This document shows, one piece after another, positions 7,583 to 11,296 of a stretch of DNA of 11,296 nucleotides; the first letter of the stretch is position 1; the number at the start of each line of letters is the position of its first letter. A program made the position numbers and the translations under genes. The DNA comes from a candidate division WOR-3 bacterium (GTDB lineage Bacteria > Hydrothermota > UBA3072 > B12-G15): NCBI GenBank assembly GCA_965649055.1, contig CBFGJG010000058.1:1-11296 (forward strand), in the 5' to 3' direction. The notes below the pieces were generated by a model that made no database searches, was not told the DNA's origin, and saw only the letters and a program-made list of their open reading frames with translations.

Positions 7583-8764
7583 TTATAAAACCTCCTTTAA
7601 TCTTAAAATATACCCTGCAATGAAGGCAGATGAAATTGTGAGTTCTTTTATTGAAATCTTCTCATTCGGTGCATGTGCGTATTTTTCTTTCCCGGGACCG
7701 AACCCAATTGCAGGAATCCTGTGCTTCCCGCAAATCGCAACACCATTCGTTGAAAATATCCATTTACCAATAACTGGTTTTTTCTTAAATAATGACTTAT
7801 ATGTTTCTTTCGCAATATTCACAATCCTGTGATTATCAGGTATTTTCCAGGTTGGAAAATATTTTTCTTGCTTAAAAACTTCACCTTTATAACTTTTCCT
7901 GTCATAAACAGGAATAATTATCTTTCCATCTTTTTTCACAATCTCTTTTAATTCTTTTATTGCTGATTTTTTATCTTCACCAAATGTTAATCTTCTATCA
8001 AGATGTATCTTAGCATAATCAGGTATTGCACACAAAGAAGGTGAAGATGATATAAATTCAGTTACTGCAACTGTTCCTTTACCAAGAAATTTATCCTTCT
8101 TTAATCTTTTATTAAGTTTGTCTATCTTCAAAACCCTGTCAGATGCAATAGACACTGCATTCTTTCCCCTTTCAGGTGCAGAACCATGCGCAGACAAACC
8201 TTTAAACTCTATTTCTATCTCCATCCTTCCACGCTGACCTATATTTATTTTACCATCGGTTGGTTCTGTTAATATTACAAGTTCCGGCCTTATTCCATCT
8301 TTCTCAATGATATAATTCCAGCATAAACCATCACAATCTTCTTCCATAACTGAAAATACAAAAAGTATGGTCGTACCATCAAAACCTATCTCTTTTAATA
8401 TCTTCCCTGCTGTTATCATTGATGCAGCACCACCTTTCTGGTCGGACGAACCCCTTCCATATACAAAACCATCCTTTATATCACCTGAAAATGGCGGAAA
8501 ATCCCATAATGAGCGTTCGCCAACATCAACTGTATCAATATGTGCATCGATTGCTATTATCTTTTCGCCTTTCCCAATTTTGCCAATAAGATTCCCCAGG
8601 TTATCTGTCCAGACATCATCAAAATTTTCTTTTTTCAAAATAGATTCTATCTTTTCAATAACATCTTTCTCTTCACCACTTAAAGATTTTATCTTAACTA
8701 TCTCGGAAAGATTCTGCGCTGTATAATCTTCATATTTTTTTGCAATTTCTAATATTTTATCCAC
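7583..8764 (-). CDS. ygeY: YgeY-family M20 metallohydrolase (anaerobic purine/ureido-compound catabolism)
   Basis: 393 aa with DAHIDTV, GRGSSDQKGG, EEDCDGLCW, GQRGRMEI, SAHGSAPERG, FSTNGV, GFGPG...AHAPNE. GTG start with AAGGAGG SD, overlapping the upstream stop (TAGTG). Confidence 0.88.
   Translation of the reverse strand: MDKILEIAKKYEDYTAQNLSEIVKIKSLSGEEKDVIEKIESILKKENFDDVWTDNLGNLIGKIGKGEKIIAIDAHIDTVDVGERSLWDFPPFSGDIKDGFVYGRGSSDQKGGAASMITAGKILKEIGFDGTTILFVFSVMEEDCDGLCWNYIIEKDGIRPELVILTEPTDGKINIGQRGRMEIEIEFKGLSAHGSAPERGKNAVSIASDRVLKIDKLNKRLKKDKFLGKGTVAVTEFISSSPSLCAIPDYAKIHLDRRLTFGEDKKSAIKELKEIVKKDGKIIIPVYDRKSYKGEVFKQEKYFPTWKIPDNHRIVNIAKETYKSLFKKKPVIGKWIFSTNGVAICGKHRIPAIGFGPGKEKYAHAPNEKISIKELTISSAFIAGYILRLKEVL
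7585..7596. repeat. 12-bp direct repeat copy 2 (ATAAAACCTCCT)
   Basis: Last codons of ygeY (K-E-V-L-stop). Contains a perfect AGGAGG SD with no properly spaced start codon after it. Identical to 345-356. Confidence 0.85.
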
Positions 8765-9858
8765 TATTCCTCCTTTAATTTTATCGCATGTTTTGGACAG
8801 AAATCAATACAATAACCACACCCGATACATTTCTCTGTATCAATATATGCTTTTTCTTCTACCATTATTGCCTTCTTAAAACAATTTAATAGACACGCCT
8901 TACATCCATCACAAGATTCTATTTTAACATATGCCCTTGCCCTATATGAATAAATCTTTCTATTCTTTCTTGCTTCCTTGAATATCCCTTTTATTTCATT
9001 TAGAGAATTATACCCTTTCTTATTCAGGAATTCTTCTATCTCATTCAATATTTCCCCATAAATTGTATGTCTTTTTTTTATTGCCTCAGAACATATCTGG
9101 ACTGCCGATGCACCAACCATAATGAATTTTATCACATCTATTCCCTTTGATATACCACCAACACCTATAACTGGTTTATCCTGAATTGATGTTAATGTAT
9201 CAACAATCCTTAATGCAATTGGTAAGATTGGTGGACCTGAAAGCCATCCATATCCATTTTCAGAACCAAGTATATTATCTAAATTTTCAGGGTCAAAATC
9301 AAGTGCAGGACCAAAAGAGTTTATTGCAACGAATCCATCAACATATCTTGAAACCTCTTTACCAAGAAAATCTAAATCTGTTATACTCGGCGATACCTTG
9401 AAAAAGATGGGTAACGAAACGGTTTTCCTCAAAGACTTTGCACATTCAACAAGTTCTGATAATCCACCTTTTATATAATGTGTAGAAAATTCAATCCCAA
9501 TAGGTTCTATCTCTTTTTCAACAATTTTTCCAAGTTCTTTCAGTTCATCTGGTTTATATCCTATTGAGACCATCAAAGGGATATCTTCTTTTTTTGCTTT
9601 TAAAATTTCTTCAATATTTTTTTCTAAAGAAAACTCGGACCAGGTTTCTGAATTTAAAAGCCCTCTTAGGACAGTTCTTTTAATAGTTGGTCTTTTATCC
9701 ATTGCAGGTTTTAGACTGAATGTCTTTGTAACAATACAAGCAGCACCACTATTATAGGCATCTATCATAAGTTCTGCATTCAAAACATTTGGTCCTGCTG
9801 CGGTCATTAAGGGATTCTTTATCTTTATACCTGCAAACTCGCATTCAAGTGATGGCAT
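8764..9858 (-). CDS. Dihydroorotate/dihydropyrimidine dehydrogenase (PreA-like) FMN barrel with C-terminal 2x[4Fe-4S] ferredoxin domain
   Basis: FAGIKIKNPLMTAAGP, VTKT, LLNSE, KVSP, AINS, GWLSGP, IGVGGI, GASAVQIC motifs, plus CDGCKACLLNC and CIGCGYCIDFCP. ATG at 9858 (MPSLECEFAG) is preferred over TTG at 9873. Confidence 0.85.
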   Translation of the reverse strand: MPSLECEFAGIKIKNPLMTAAGPNVLNAELMIDAYNSGAACIVTKTFSLKPAMDKRPTIKRTVLRGLLNSETWSEFSLEKNIEEILKAKKEDIPLMVSIGYKPDELKELGKIVEKEIEPIGIEFSTHYIKGGLSELVECAKSLRKTVSLPIFFKVSPSITDLDFLGKEVSRYVDGFVAINSFGPALDFDPENLDNILGSENGYGWLSGPPILPIALRIVDTLTSIQDKPVIGVGGISKGIDVIKFIMVGASAVQICSEAIKKRHTIYGEILNEIEEFLNKKGYNSLNEIKGIFKEARKNRKIYSYRARAYVKIESCDGCKACLLNCFKKAIMVEEKAYIDTEKCIGCGYCIDFCPKHAIKLKEE

Positions 9859-11140
9859 AGAATTTTTTTTCAAGTTTTTTCATCACACTTTTTAATTCAT
9901 CGTTCATTCTTTCTTCATCTAAGAATGTTATCTTTCTATCTTTGAATAAAATCCTTCCATCAGATACAGTTATATAAACATTACTATTTTGATTTCCAAA
10001 AACAATATGGCTTATTAAATTATCTTTATTCACATCAGTTAATGGAACATAGTCAAGGACTACAATATCTGCTTTTTTACCTTCTTTTAATCCACCACAT
10101 TCCGGAAAGAATTTCTCTTTTGTTCTTATCATATTATCAAAAAACACTCTGGAATGATTTTTATTTTGTGAATTCTGGAAGAATCTGAATTTTAGTTGAT
10201 TTATAATATCAGAACCTATCCCATCTGTTCCAAGAACATAATCTCTTATATTTTCAAAATCAAAACATCCAACCCTGTTATTTGCATTTGATATAGGATT
10301 TGAAACAATTGTAGGTTTTATTTCGTTTATTATTCTTAAATCTTTATTTGAGATATGGACACAATGTGCAAGGATACTCATCTCATTTAAAAGATTTAAT
10401 TTATACAATCTATCGACAGGGCCTGAATATCCAATTTTTCTACAATAATCAAAATCTATCAGACTTTCACCACAATGTATATGAATTCCCATCTCTTCCG
10501 GTTTTATTCTGGAAATCTCTTCTAATGTCCTATCAGAAAGTGTGAAGTTCGCATGGAGACCAAAGATACCTTTTATTCTATCATTCTTCAGATTCCCAAA
10601 ATAAAAATTTATATTCTCTTCTATCTGCTCTTTGAGGTTCTTCTTAGACCTTTCTGACACTTCAAGGGATAATATCCCTTTAATATTCATTTTTTCATAA
10701 ACTTCCTTTAAGACATTGAGACTTCCTTTTACATATCCCATAGATGCATGATGGTCAAAAATCATAGTTGTCCCGGATTTTATAGCATTAACGATGCTTT
10801 TTAATGTTGAATAGTAGATTAATTCTTCATCAAGAATTTTGTCAAGTTTCCACCATAGATTTTTTAGCCTGTTAGGGAATGTTGATATATCTTTTGTTTT
10901 AAGACCGCAGGCTAAAGAAGAATATGAGTGATGATGTGCATTCAAAATACCCGGAATAATTAATCTTCCATAAACATCTATTTTTTCGCAATTTAAATCT
11001 TTAATCTCATCTTTTTTACATATTTTCTTAATAAATCCATCTTCTACGATAATTATACCATTTTTGATAAATATATTTCCATCTGTGATAAATCCATTTA
11101 CTAATGCAAATTTTTTAAGCATTAAATATTGTAGACTCAT
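9845..11140 (-). CDS. ssnA: SsnA-like metal-dependent amidohydrolase
   Basis: 431 aa with PGILNAHHHSYSSLA, L.NLWWKLD, GTT..FDHHAS, FGLHANFT, HIHCGE, LAHCVH, NP.SN.NN.VG, LGTDG, ADIVVLDY; same operon as ygeY. Confidence 0.8.
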   Translation of the reverse strand: MSLQYLMLKKFALVNGFITDGNIFIKNGIIIVEDGFIKKICKKDEIKDLNCEKIDVYGRLIIPGILNAHHHSYSSLACGLKTKDISTFPNRLKNLWWKLDKILDEELIYYSTLKSIVNAIKSGTTMIFDHHASMGYVKGSLNVLKEVYEKMNIKGILSLEVSERSKKNLKEQIEENINFYFGNLKNDRIKGIFGLHANFTLSDRTLEEISRIKPEEMGIHIHCGESLIDFDYCRKIGYSGPVDRLYKLNLLNEMSILAHCVHISNKDLRIINEIKPTIVSNPISNANNRVGCFDFENIRDYVLGTDGIGSDIINQLKFRFFQNSQNKNHSRVFFDNMIRTKEKFFPECGGLKEGKKADIVVLDYVPLTDVNKDNLISHIVFGNQNSNVYITVSDGRILFKDRKITFLDEERMNDELKSVMKKLEKKFYAIT

Positions 11141-11146
11141 TGATTA

Positions 11147-11175
11147 AAAGTATAATAATCAGGAATAAATGTCAA
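11147..11175 (-). promoter_or_regulatory. Putative promoter of the ssnA operon
   Basis: TTGACA (11175-11170) with TACTTT at 17-nt spacing (11152-11147), or TATACT at 15 nt; 6 nt from TACTTT to the ATG at 11140, with no SD. Confidence 0.5.
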
Positions 11176-11257
11176 ATAAAAAAATATACCATTTTGGAAA
11201 AGATCATGCACATGGTGGTACAGTTAAGATAGTGAAGATAGGGGTAATGAATGAAGA

Positions 11258-11285
11258 GAGGATTGCCCTGGGGAGGGCAATCCTC
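11258..11285 (-). terminator. Perfect 12-bp GC-rich hairpin, probable intrinsic terminator of an upstream transcript
   Basis: GAGGATTGCCCT-GGGG-AGGGCAATCCTC on plus. On minus it is followed by a pyrimidine-rich but imperfect U tract (TCTTCATTCATT). Confidence 0.5.
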
Positions 11286-11296
11286 AAAGGAATTGC

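Larger units (their letters stand above)
345..7596. mobile_element. Putative inserted defence island (Type III RM + TA) bounded by 12-bp direct repeats, no mobility gene
   Basis: Exact 12-bp repeats at both ends, cargo of defence-type genes only, and in-silico excision restores a ygeY stop/carbamoyltransferase start overlap. mod/res look visibly richer in CG dinucleotides than the flanking metabolic genes (judged by eye). Confidence 0.55.

Noticed and set aside
562..9870. A/T homopolymers of 7-8 nt (e.g. 562-569, 5351-5357, 9863-9870) as phase-variation tracts
   Set aside because: Expected at this AT content, and all affected ORFs are in frame.
7521..10545. Plus-strand ORFs 7521-7832, 8367-8726, 9186-9401, 10348-10545
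   Set aside because: Antisense to well-supported metabolic genes; no independent evidence.
1..11296. CRISPR array, tRNA/rRNA, retron or integron attC structures
   Set aside because: No regularly spaced repeats, cloverleaf, reverse transcriptase or integrase seen in the window.

Overview
AT-rich bacterial window, almost all genes on the minus strand. Read right to left it holds an anaerobic nucleobase-catabolism operon (SsnA-like amidohydrolase, a PreA/DHODH-like flavo-ferredoxin protein lacking the usual catalytic Cys, and a YgeY-family M20 hydrolase), a Type III restriction-modification pair (mod, res), and a DUF6922-like/AbiEii-type nucleotidyltransferase toxin-antitoxin pair. Next comes an unannotated 5' fragment of a carbamoyltransferase gene joined convergently to a 5' fragment of a Type I hsdM gene. 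The RM+TA block (~7.2 kb, no integrase or transposase) is bracketed by an exact 12-bp direct repeat (345-356 and 7585-7596) containing a Shine-Dalgarno site. Removing the block rebuilds a ygeY-carbamoyltransferase TGATG stop/start overlap, suggesting a defence island inserted into the catabolic operon, plus a further rearrangement near 255-272. All family calls come from motif recognition by eye; no searches were run.
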